A DNA stretch of 64,000 nucleotides from Octopus sinensis. Its lineage: Eukaryota. The position numbers and the translations under genes were made by a program. A model generated the notes under the pieces. It ran no database searches. It worked only from the letters and a program-made list of their open reading frames with translations, and had not been told where the DNA came from. The stretch spans positions 109,492,001 through 109,556,000 of the forward strand of contig NC_042997.1 of assembly GCF_006345805.1 (NCBI RefSeq), written 5' to 3'. The number at the start of each line of letters is the position of its first letter. Within the stretch, counting starts at the first letter, position 1. Shown here in pieces: positions 26,837-39,707 of this stretch.

Positions 26837-28163
26837 ATTGATCAGTTCTGGGGCAATCGTCGCTGGTGAAGGTTTTACGCGGTTGAAGTGCAAATCCTAC
26901 CTCAACTTGTTTTAGTCGCCTTTTTATGACACAGAGAGGAAACGTTTAGGTCTATTCTTTAAAATGCAGGTCCCAACACAGCCGCAACAACAATATGAAA
27001 ATGAAGAGTTTTGCTCAAGAACACATCACGCGGCTTAGTTCAAGGACCGAACCCTCGATCTGGTGATCGTGAGTGCAACGTCTTATCCACTAGGCCTTCA
27101 CACGGGGCTGTTATTGTGGCTGTTGAAATTGTTGTTGTTGTTGTTGTTGTTGTTACCATCCTACTGACGAACAATCGTACACACTTCCAATGACCATCCC
27201 ACCTGTTTCTATACAAAAGACTACGTTGTACAATATGTTCTTTATGACACTTGGTGAGTGACGGGTGGGGGCATTTGGCTGCTGTTTCTAGCAGGTCGAG
27301 CGAATGCGAAGAATCTTCTTCGTTTGATCACTCTGTTGTTGCTGTTGATGTTGTTGGTGTCGGTGGTGGGGGGAGGAGGTGAGTATTGGTTGTGATGGTC
27401 ACTAAATACAACAACCATTACGTGAGTAGTTTCGGTGGAGGCAACATGGCGACGGTACTGTTGTTGGCAGTGATGGCGGTGGCGAGGGTGGGAGGTATGT
27501 GCTGTGGCGTTGGTAGTGGTTAGGGTGGAAATCGGTGTGGTGACACTGTACAAGTATGGGTGGTAGTGTTGTGGCGGTAAAAGCACAAGTTTTGGTGGTG
27601 CTAGTGGTGGTAGTGTTGGTGGTGATGGTGGTGATGGTGGTGGTGGTGGTGGTGGTAGTGTTGGTGGTGGAGGTGGTGGTGGTGGTGGTGTTGATGTTGG
27701 TGGTGGTGGTGGTGGTGGTGGTGATGGTAATATAAATGGAGGTTATAGACGTAGTAACGGTGCTGGCGGTACAGGTAGAGGAGGCGGAGGCAGTTTTGTT
27801 CTTGTTGTTGTTGTTGTTGTCGTTGATGGTGGTGGTGGTAGCGGCGACGGTTGCGAGCGTGAAACTGCCTCAGTTTCCCTGATGTCACAAAAGAACAAAC
27901 TGTCTGCTAATGGTTTTAGACATTAAAAGAAAAAAACAAAAAGCCGTCTTCCTTTGGCTTCGCTTCCAGCCCCTCCTCCGCCCGCTCCTCACACAGCCGT
28001 TGTTAATAACGTTTGATCATTGCAGGAGGAGGAGGGGGAGGAGGAGGAAAAGAGAGAGAAATATCTGCACAATGCTCGCTGATCACTTTATCATAAACCT
28101 GAGCAGGATTTTTAAATATTTTCTGTAAATGTGTGTGTGCGTGCGTGTGCGTGTATGTGTGTG

Positions 28164-28197
<34 letters not shown>

Positions 28198-29058
28198 GTG
28201 CGTGCGCGCGCGCGCATGCTGGACATCTCAGCCCGGAGAGAAACTCTGAATAGACAGTCGACTTTTGATTGAAGAGAATACCATGTCTCTCCACTCAGAT
28301 CATTGAGTTCCATATCAGATAAACGTTTGAACTATGTAGAATATATACTTAACACACAAGAATTTAGAAAGTTCGAGAGAACGTGAAATAATTAGCGGGT
28401 CGTTCTATCGCTGGTGTTACGTTCCAAAAACCCCCGCGATAGGTGAAAATCCGCGACGTAGAAACACTACTGTATATTTATTTTATTTACTTTTTTTTTT
28501 GTTATTTTCATAATTTGTATATGTATATATATTTTTCTCTGCGTATATGTATGTGTGGTCGTGTGTGTATATATACATGTGTGTATACGTGTATGCATGT
28601 GAGTGTGTGTATGTATACATATATGTGTATGTGTAGATATGTATATGTATGTGTAAGTGTATATATATGTATATATATGTGTGTGTATGTATGTGTGTAT
28701 GTATATGTATATATGTTTGTATGTGTGTGTATGTATGTATACATGTGTGCATAGGTATAAGTGAGAATCTCCTTATTTACCTAAAACTCTATTCCCTTTT
28801 TTTTATATATAGATTTTTTATTTTTTTATTTTTTTATTTTTTTATTTATTCTTCTATCTAATTTAACACTGACTCCTTGACCACTCCCCCAAGTATGATA
28901 TTTTGCGCTATGCCTACCCCCAAAAAGTCCCCCACCAACACCCCTTTAAACCTGCCTAAATGTATAATGCCAATACAATTCTTGTTAACTAGCTTCCTGA
29001 AGATTTCTCTGAATGAAACAGTTCTAGTCCTGTAGAAGCTCCTTCTATATAAAAAAAA

Positions 29059-29122
<64 letters not shown>

Positions 29123-29333
29123 TTGTGTGTCTGTGTTTGTCCCCCCAACATCGCTTGACAACCGATGCTGGTGTGTTTACGTCCCCGTAACTTAGCGGTT
29201 CGGCAAAAGAGCCCGATAGAATAAGTACTAGGCTTACGAAGAATAAGTCCTTGGATCGATTTGCTCGACTAAAGGCGGTGCTCCAGCATGGCCACAGTCA
29301 AATGACTGAAACAAATAAAAGAGTAAAGAGTAT

Positions 29334-29380
<47 letters not shown>

Positions 29381-30539
29381 GCCGTAGCATGAAATGTGTA
29401 CAATTTTAATCCTTTAGCGAACGGTGAGTGTTGACAGGCACTTACATGCGTATACATAAATACACTGAGACACATACATACACAGAGGCAAACCAACGCA
29501 TATATTAGTTATATATGTGTACGTAGAATGCGTGTGTATGCGTGTGCGCGCGTAAACATCCATGTATATAACCAGTCACCTATGGGCACACGCACACCAT
29601 ACATATATATATATATGTGTGTGTGTGGATGTATGTGCATATAAGTATGTGTGTGTCTGTCTGTGTGTAAATGTATTCATATGTATATGTGTGTGTGTGT
29701 GCGTGCGCGTGTGTATACATCCATTTACATATATATATATAAATATATATATATATATCCAGTTACCTATAGGCACACATATATATGTGTAAGTGTGTAT
29801 ATGTGTTTGTTTCTGTGTAAGCATATATGTGTTTTATTTGTGTGTATGCCAGTGTGTAAATGCATGCCTGTCTGTGTGTGTGCGTGCGTATTATTTACAG
29901 GTTAATATCAGCAGAAACCACTCTGTGTCTCATGTTTGCAGAAAACTACGCCACACCTGATGAAACTCATTAAGTTCAGAGCCAGGCTTTAGTTTCTGAC
30001 TGAGTAAACATTTCCTAGATGTGAAGTCGGTGTGTGTTTACACTCAGCCCTCTCACCTCAACCACCAGCGCCGCCACCGCCGCCACCACCACCACCGCCG
30101 CCACCACCACCGCCGCCGCCGTCATTGCGTCATCCAACGCATTCATGTTACAGCTACGTAACATGCATGATTACAGACGGGAAACGTAAATCTCGGCTGT
30201 AACTTCACCAGGTATTCTCTTACCTGAGACATTATTATTCGGGAGAAGGAATTCTTGTTAATAAGATTAAGTATAGTAAGGCCTGGTGCTTCAAGATCGA
30301 CGGATGGCAGAGACTGCAAGGAAGAATCGCAAAGCCGTGGGCGTTTGACAGGGTGGAGAAAAAAAAACCATTACATAATACACTCATACATACACACATA
30401 CATACATATATACACACATACACACATGCATACATACGTAGATAGATAGACAAACAGATAGATAGACCTCAATATATGTAATCTTTATATATACATGCAT
30501 ACATATATATATGTATATATATGTATATATATGTAAATG

Positions 30540-30575
<36 letters not shown>

Positions 30576-30591
30576 ATATATATATTGTATA

Positions 30592-30634
<43 letters not shown>

Positions 30635-30855
30635 GTATATATATATATATATATTATATATATATATATATGCAATATATGTATATATATGTATATATAT
30701 ATATATATGTATATATATGAATATATATAAGTATATGTATATGTATATATATATGATTTCTATTATTGAAAACAAGTGGATGTATTCCACCGAAGCTAGG
30801 TAAATAAAACCTTCGAACAGAGATTGTCAGAAGCGACACCTACTGGTCTGGCTAC

Positions 30856-30897
30856 GCTGCATTGAAAAGGGGCAATACCCCGAAACGCGTCTGTAGC
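30856..30897 (+). ncRNA. Minimal type I hammerhead ribozyme with a U3-A8 core (family E)
   Basis: GCTGCA-TTGAAAA-GGGG-CAATA-CCCC-GAAAC-GC-GTC-TGTAGC; lies in a ~300-bp island (about 30755-31060) between (TA)n tracts. Confidence 0.8.
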
Positions 30898-31394
30898 TGC
30901 CGGTCAAGTAGTGTGGAGCGACTGACCACCCTTGTTCGAAGGTTATATGGATACAGTTTGTGTATCAAATAGCTAACTTAAGGCGATGGCCTCATGGAGC
31001 TAATAAGCGGACAGCTTTATTCTTATTTTTATAAGAATGCCATATTAGTATGGCGATAACTATTATATATATGTATTATATATATGTATATATATAATAT
31101 ATATATATATATGTATATATATATATGTATATATATGTATATATGTATGTATATGCATATATATATGTATATATATGTATATATACATGTATATATATAT
31201 ATATGTGTGTGTGTATATATACATGTATATATATATGTATATATATGTATGTATTTATATATGTATATGTATGTATTTATATTTAATATATATATATATA
31301 ATATATATATTATATATATAATATATATGTATATATATATATATATGTGTGTGTGTTTGTGTGTGCGTATATGTATGTATATATATATATATAT

Positions 31395-31575
31395 ATGGAG
31401 CGTTGAACTTTGCACATTTTTTTCTCTCCGTATTTTTTATCCTCTTAATCCTTTCTGTCGAAGAGCGTAGGCTCGAAACGTAAAAGACTTTTCCATTTTT
31501 AAAGCGTGTTAAACTAATACACCTGCTTGTTGTTACAACACCTGTCATTGTCTTTTGTTATCTGTAAATTTGAAC
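31395..31575 (+). mobile_element. Family D element; ribozyme at 31451-31486
   Basis: CTTT-CTGTCGA-A-GAGC-GTAG-GCTC-GAAAC-GTA-AAAG; flanked by (TA)n. Confidence 0.7.
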
Positions 31576-32500
31576 TATATATATGTGTGTTTATGTGTGT
31601 TTGTGTGAGTGTTTGTGTGTGTGTTGGTGGATGTATGCAATTATGTATATGTGTGTTTATATGTATGTATTTATATGTGCGTATGTGTGTACAAAAGTGT
31701 CTATCCAGGGGCAATATTCTGTCAGCAAAAATTAATGTTTCCGATTTTGTTGTATATGAGTTTGATTCAGTATCTATGCAATCCGACCAATGTAATAAAG
31801 TCGATATATCATAGAAACATGGAGAATAAATCATCTGAAAGTGTGTAAAATTATCTTTGAGCAACACCAAATCTCTCTTGATATTTAGAATTAAATTCCG
31901 ATAGTCTGTCATGCCATGTAATCGATGTGTGTTCTTGCTTCAGTATTTTCGTCTCAGCTTTTTACACCCCACCGCCCTCCGTTCAGCTTGCTTCATGCGT
32001 AGGCATTTCATTGTAAACCTTCGAGGAAGCCACTTAACACGATGTGTCTTCACATTTCAACTTTCATGTGCTAAATACTTACATTAGAAAAGACACTTTT
32101 TTGTCTGTAGGTGAGATAGGCAACGAAAGTGTTTTTATGAAGACGGAAAACGTCTTTCTCATAAATTTGTGAAATTCAAGAATTGAAGAATTCAAAAATA
32201 TTCGTTGTTATTTATGATCTTCTTTTTTTTCTCAGAGTTGTAACATAAGTCTTTTCATTGCTGCTGAGAATCCCCAAGATATTTCATTTCAGTTTTCTAT
32301 TTCAAAATATTCTTCCCAAAATGTTATAGATTCTCCAAAATGAATCATCAGATGTCTCTAGGAATACAGTCCGGAAAGCGACATTATGGATCGAAAAATA
32401 TTCACTTTGGACAGGAGAATGTTTCCTACATACACACATACATACATACATACATACATACATACATACATACATACATACATACATGCATGCATGCATG

Positions 32501-32532
<32 letters not shown>

Positions 32533-32811
32533 CATACATATATACATACATATACATATATGCATACATATACATACATATATGCATACATATACATATA
32601 CAGATATGCATATGCACGTATGTGTATATATAATGAGAGAGATAAATTGAATATTAATTTAATTAATATCAATTTAAAACCAGTAGCCTAGCATATAAAA
32701 AAGTTTTTAATCAAAAAAAAATTCAATACATGTGTATATATAGATAGATAGAAATAAATAATACACACACACACACGCACACGTACACACACACACACAC
32801 ACACATATATT

Positions 32812-32847
<36 letters not shown>

Positions 32848-32850
<3 letters not shown>

Positions 32851-34777
32851 ACAATTGAGGGTAAATTAATTAATTAATCAATTTCACCAAGTATTCAGTA
32901 TGCAAAGGGACCATTTAAGGCGAATTCAATTATTACATTATATAAAAGGGCTTAGTAAAATAAATACTTTGCCGCATACTGAACTCATTAGAAATAGCAG
33001 CCAAAAAAAAAATTTTTAAAAAACTATTTCTAATACTTAAAGAAAAAACCTCTCTCATATAGTGTTTGCTCAATTCAACTCACGAAAGTATGGGGGTAGA
33101 GACATTAAAAAATCAAATGCAAAGGTTATTTGAGAACGTACGTTTCAAGATTAGTCAAACTCGACACTTTTATCATCAGCTCAGAACTCCCTGGTTTGGA
33201 TTTGAAAACACTGAAAGTGGGAGCATACCCTTCGGCTTCTTATCGCTTCTGAAGATCTGCTCGAACTAACAGTGCCAGCAAACTCAAATATGCAAGCGAA
33301 GAATTTTTGCTCTCCCCTTTCCACCAGCGAGCAGATCTTCAGAAGCGATAAGAAGCCGAAAGGGTATGCTCCCACTTTCAGTGTTTTCAAATCCAAACCA
33401 AGGAGTTCTGAGCTGATGATAAAAGTGTCGAGTTTGACTAATCTTGAAACGTACGTTCTCAAATAACCTTTGCATTTGATTTTTTAATGTCTCTACCCCC
33501 ATACTTTCGTGAGTTGAATTGAGCAAACACTATATGAGAGAGGTTTTCTTTAAGTATTAGAAATAGTTTTTAAAAAAGTTTTTTTTGGCTGCTATTTCTA
33601 ATGAGTTCAGTATGCGGCAAAGTAATTTATTTTACTAAGTCCTTTTATATAATGTAATAATTTGAATTCGCCTTAAATGGTCCCTTTGCATACTGAATAC
33701 TTGGTGAAATTGATTAATTATTAATTCTACCCTCAATTGTTGAAATTATAATTCATCTCTCTCTATTTAAATGCCTCGGATTTTACCGAAAAAAGCATAG
33801 TGTTTGCTGATTTTAAACCACGCTGGTGGAAAGGGGAGAGCAGAAATTCTTCGCTTGCATATTTGAGTTTGCTGGCACTGTTGTTTTCGAGCAGATCTTC
33901 AGAAGCGATAAGAAGCCGAAAGGGTATGCTCCCACTTTCAGTGTTTTCAAATCCAAACCAGGGAGTTCTGAGCTGATGATAGAAGTGTCGAGTTTGACTA
34001 ATCTTGAAACGTACGTTCTCAAATTAACCTTTGCATTTGATTTTTTAATGTCTCTACCCCCATACTTTCGTGAGTTGAATTGAGCAAACACTAATGAGAG
34101 AGGTTTTCTTAAGTAAGGATTAGAAATAGTTTTTAAAAAGTTTTTTTTGGCTGCTATTTCTAATGAGTTCAGTATGCGGCAAAGTAATTTATTTTACTAA
34201 GTCCTTTTATAAATGTAATAATTTGAATTCGCCTTAAATGGTCCCTTTGCATACTGAATACTTGGTGAAATGATTAATTAATTAATTCTACCCTCAATTG
34301 TTGAAATTATAATTCATCTCTCTCTATTTAAATGCCTCGGATTTTACCGAAAAAAGCATAGTGTTTGCTGATTTTAACCCACGCTGGTGGAAAGGGGAGA
34401 GCAGAAATTCTTCGCTTGCATATTTGAGTTGCTGGCACTGTTAGTTTCGAGCAGATCTTCAGAAGCGATAAGAACCGAAAGGGTATTGCTCCCACTTTCA
34501 GTTTTTTCAAATCCAAACCAGGGAGTTCTGAGCTGATGATAGAAGTGTCGAGTTTGACTAATCTTGAAACGTACGTTCTCAAAAAACCTTTGCATTTGAT
34601 TTTTTAATGTCTCACCCCCATACTTTCGTGAGTTGAATGAGCAAACACTATATGAGAGAGGTTTTCTTTAAGTATTAGAAATAGTTTTTAAAAAGTTTTT
34701 TTTGGTGGCTGCTATTTCTAATGAGTTCAGTATGCGGCAAAGTAATTTATTTTACTAAGCCCTTTTAATAATGTAAT
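32848..34777 (+). mobile_element. Retrozyme-like array (family F): ~2.6 tandem 560-bp units plus a ~480-bp inverted arm, in (TA)n
   Basis: HHR cores CTGATGA at 33413, 33973 and 34533 (560-bp period); 32848-33330 is inverted and carries an HHR on the minus strand at 33131-33183. Confidence 0.85.
33969..34021 (+). ncRNA. Type I hammerhead ribozyme (family F; also 33409-33461, 34529-34581, and 33131-33183 on minus)
   Basis: TGAG-CTGATGA-T-AGA...GTCG/TGAC...TCT-T-GAAAC-GTAC-GTT-CTCA; palindromic stem III AACGTACGTT; weak stem II. Confidence 0.7.
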
Positions 34778-36399
34778 ATATATATATATAATATATATAT
34801 GGTAATATATATATATCTGTATATATATATATTTAAATACATGGGAAGTTTGGGGGAGTAGTGTTTAGGGAGAGGTATTTCACTCGCAATTGGTAGGTTG
34901 TTGGTTCGCATTCCCGAACCGAGCGGTGCGAAGTGTTCTTCAGCAAAACACATTTTACCGACTCGATTATAGAATCTTTAAGAATAAGATTTCATTCTTA
35001 TAGAATCGATAAGCTTGTCAGTGCAAAGTGGCATATAAAGAGATGGGAAACTGAACATGATCCAGCACCTGATGAAGCGCCGGTACACAGTTGTTACTGG
35101 ACCATTTATGTAATTACTTATTAAATAATTTATGTAATGATTTGACAATGAAAACTCAGCAACTTTCAGCTGCACAGAAACAGTTGTATGGAATAAACAT
35201 GAGAGCATGCTTCTTTATTCCATCTTCTGATGTAAATTTTGGTACGTACATACATATATACATACATACATACATACTTACATATATATATACACACATA
35301 TATGTACGAATGTGTATGTGTATATATGTATATGTGTGTATATGTATTTATGCATGTCTATATATGAATATATACACATATGCATATGACACACCTGACC
35401 TTCATGCACACACGCACAAACGTACTTTCTCTTTCACACGCATCTCAGGTTATTGCTGTCGCCTGCACACCACACTCTCAGTTCTTCCTCCCCCAGTCAT
35501 TACATCGAAACACGTTTGTCCTTTTCCCTCCATTTTTTTCCGATCTCATCTGTTTTTTCGAAGAAGAGTTTATGCTCGAAAAGTTCCAAACTTCTAAATT
35601 TCCCCAGCGTAAACCTCATACACCCTGTCTTTGTTTTTTGGGCTATTTTACCGCATCTTTTATCTTTTTAATGTTTTAGTCATTAAACTTCGACCATGCT
35701 GGAGCACGATCACCACCACGTAGGATTTTTAGTCGAACGAATCGACTCCAGTACCTATTCTATCGGTCTGCTTACTGGACCGCTAAGTTACGGGAGAATA
35801 AACATGCCAACACCGGTTGTCGGTCAATGATAGGGACAAACACAAACTAAAGCACACACACTCATAGATATATATGTGTGTGTGTGTGAGTGTGTGTGTA
35901 TGTGTGTGTATGTATCGAAATTCTTTCAGCTTCCGTCTACCAAATCCATTGATAATGTTTTAGTCGGCCTGTGGTTATCGTAGAAGACATTTGTCCAAGA
36001 TTCCACACTGTGGGACTGAACCCGGAACCATGTGGTTGGGAAGTAAACTTCTCACTACATAATCATGCCTACATATTCGTCTTCTTTTTCTTTTACTTTT
36101 GGTCCCATGTCGACATGAATAAACGTTGTTCTTTTAATGCCATATATTCTTAAGTCTCACCCTATCAAACACCGATCCCTTCACACCCTGCTTTATTATT
36201 CAGCATCCCATCTCATATATCATTACGATTATCTACTGCAGCCAACATTCTGACCCTCAAACAAATTAGGACTTTCTTTTGTTTTCCCGGTTTGTTTGCG
36301 TGTCTGAGCATATGTCTGATCTGGTTGGTCTCAGAAACTAGTCAAAATACAAACTCCAAATGTATTTACGCAGATTTAAATGTTTAAGCTAGCAGAATA

Positions 36400-36870
36400 G
36401 GAATGAAAAAATTTACTGTTTGTTCATAGAAAGGTTGTATTAACACGTTATTTAGATCCGTGTCAGGAGGTTTACAGGTTATAGAAAAGACAAAAGGAAA
36501 TCGGTAACAAGAACATCGAGCTGCCATAGAAATACGGAAAGTGCACAGCGACACAATTACCTGCATCTAATGGTATCCATAACAGCTTGTACTCTAAAAT
36601 ACATTAAAACATTGCTCTCCTATTGGAGTTAACAAATGCCGTGTTATGCTATGAGCTCTGCAAATCTAATTCGAGGCCTCAAAAGACATTTGAAGATCCA
36701 CAAAGATCGGAACTTAACTGCACCTCATGGTGGTCCAAATGGGATATGCAATCTATGTGGGTGTCTTTTCAATACATTGTCTAGTTTAGAAAGCCACATC
36801 AGACACAATGATGGATTTATGGTTTGAGTACAAGATGTGGCCAGACTTTGCATAAGGAATAAACAACCAC
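36400..36870 (+). pseudogene. Decayed RTE-like 3' end with C2H2 fingers
   Basis: ORF 36636-36827 GLKRHLKIH...CNLCGCLFNTLSSLESHIRH, similar to 21890-22400. Confidence 0.55.
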
Positions 36871-38475
36871 ACACACATATATATATATAGTATTTATCAA
36901 CTTAACCGGTTTCACTTTTTTTATTTCAAAAGTAAAGTGTGAAGTTTTGTGTATCCTCTGTGGTGTCAAAAATTTGTTTTACAAAAATGTATTCCAATCA
37001 AATGATAAAGTCTTTGACAATGATGAGAAAAGGTTCGAGGCTTTGTGTATCGGCTGTGATGAGTCAAAAAATAGTTTACATAAAAACATTCAGATCATGT
37101 AATCAAGTTCTTTTTTATAATGGTAAGAAGAAAACATTAGTCTACGTGAATATATCCCGATCAAGTAATAGAGTCTTTGACAAGAATATAAAATATGTAA
37201 CAGACCATTTACAGTTCTCGGTTCTGACTTCTAAGGGTCTTGCATCTGGCTAGAGTTTGGATCTAGCTGCCAATGCCAAACTCCGGCCAAATGCAAGACC
37301 CTTAGAAGCCAGAATCGAGAACTTTATATGTCGGTTTTCAAAAATAATATATGGAAAAATAAAAAAACAAGTTGCGTCATTTTACTCGACTTTACGTCTG
37401 ACTGCCACAAATTTTGGAATCGAAAAATCACTAGAAAACCGTTAAAGGCACGTGAAATCATGTTACTGTAAAATTAATAAAAATAAAAGCATATAAAATC
37501 ATATCAAAATACGTACAGTAAATGTTAAGATACACACCCTAAAGTAGTGTAGCTTAGTGAACGAAGCTTTTTCACCTTATGATGTAGTCCTTGGGGAAAA
37601 GAAGAAAACAGTTCAAGGAACTCTCAACCAGTTTTTAAGTGCATCAAACAACAAGAACAGCCAGGGTCAGTTGTTGATGTTGATGGTCCACAGCTATCTA
37701 CATCCGCGATGTAAACCACCAAATTTTATGTACGTTTTGGTAAATTTAAAACAATTTAGCTCTTTTTTTTTACTATTGCAAATTAATAATAATTACTGAA
37801 TTTGTATTTTTAAGCTTAAAGAAGGCTTTTATTTTACAATATCTTATTGCATACCGCATTCATACATAAAGCGTCCGCGATGTACGTTAAACACCGCCAA
37901 ATTGTATTCGTAAATTTAGATTATTTTTTTTTATTACTGTATTGTATGAGAAAATAAAAATTATTTGTTTTTAAGCTTAAAATAGGTTTTTATTAACCAT
38001 GTATTATTGAAAATGCATTCATAAATAAAGTACGGAACTGGGAATGGTTATTAACAGTTTAGCTTAGAGACAAATAAATTCAGCGTAGCCTAGCATAGAG
38101 ACAGGTTAATTCGACTTAAGTCGTGTCTCTTGGAACCAGTTAACAACGTAGGGTGAGGTATGCCTATATATATATATATATATATATATGGGAGTTTGCA
38201 TGTATATATATATGTGTGTGTGTATGTATATATATATACGTATGTATGTGTGCGTGTTACAAATATAATTACATTGTGCATTAGCGCGTGCACATACACA
38301 CAAGCACTTAGCGATACAAATATAGGAAAGATTGTTTTATCTATTTATAAAAAAATGTTTTACTGCATGTAAAAGGAGATCACTCGACAAACTTCCGGAC
38401 AAACATAGCAGTGTGTATATGCGCGCGCAGACACAGACGTATATATATACACGTATACATACAGAAATAGTGTAA

Positions 38476-38535
<60 letters not shown>

Positions 38536-38587
38536 ATATATATGTAATTATATTTGTATGTATACATATATATATATATATAATATG

Positions 38588-38618
<31 letters not shown>

Positions 38619-39061
38619 ACATATGTATATATATATTTATTAAATTATATATTATTTACTATTTATATATATATATACATATATATATATATTTATATAT
38701 ATATATATTTATATATATATATATATGTATATGTATATGTATATATACATATATATACATATATATACTATATATACATATTTATATATCTACATATATA
38801 TATATATTATGCATATAATATATATATATATGTATGTATATATATATATATATATTTGAGTAATTGAATGAATTATCTTATTAAGGATAATTCGAAAGAT
38901 AACCGATACCTGGGTAGCAAATTCACATAAGAAAGACCACGGTTGAAGCTACGTCCCTAGGGCATAGACTACGTGTCTTCGTGCGGAAATTTGTATGTTT
39001 ATTCTAAAATTATAAGTATATGAAAGAATGGAGTTGAACGACTAGTTAACAAATATCCTTT

Positions 39062-39146
39062 ATTCTCGACATATGTTTCGAAGGCTGCATATTCCTAATT
39101 CCGAAGGAATAAGGAGTACATTATGCAGATTTCTCATCAGGAAAAT
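39062..39146 (-). ncRNA. Type I hammerhead ribozyme in the PLE 3' pseudo-LTR
   Basis: Reverse complement of 42699-42783. Confidence 0.8.
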
Positions 39147-39707
39147 CAAGGAACATATGTCGACATCAAAATGCACAAAAAACTTTTAGCTGACCGCTCT
39201 CAAGGAGCCCATGGCGATAATGAGTGTCACTTTATAATGAGTGACGTCAGAGTGGCTGAATGTAGAAGAATCTAGAAGTTTCTAAAGGTTCAAGAGTTCA
39301 AACGAAGTAGGAGGAGGGAGGCATAAGAATAGTAAGGTGAGAGAGTGCAGGTCAAAAGAATGGTGGGTTTAAATGATTTCTTTTGTGAATGAGTGCCTGT
39401 GTGTGTGACTGTATATAACTGTCTTAATGTGTGTATGTGTGTGTCTGAATGCGTGATTGTGTTTGTGGATGGGTAGATGTCAGAAAACTGACAGCTGTGA
39501 GGGGAAAGATCTGTGACTGTGTGTTCGATTATGTTGACTGTAGAGAAAGGAAAGTAGATAGCGAAAGGGAGAAAGAATCGGTCGAGGTGAGAGGCAACGC
39601 AAGAATGGATAGTAGTAATTGGGAATATAAGAAAACCTTTTTGACTATTGGGGTGAAATATAGCAAAAATTCTTTTTTGGAAATCGAGGGGTTATCTATA
39701 TTAGTCA

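Noticed and set aside
35065-35160. CTGATGA at about 35069 as another hammerhead
   Set aside because: No matching GAAAC-stem III-UH or stem I partner was found.
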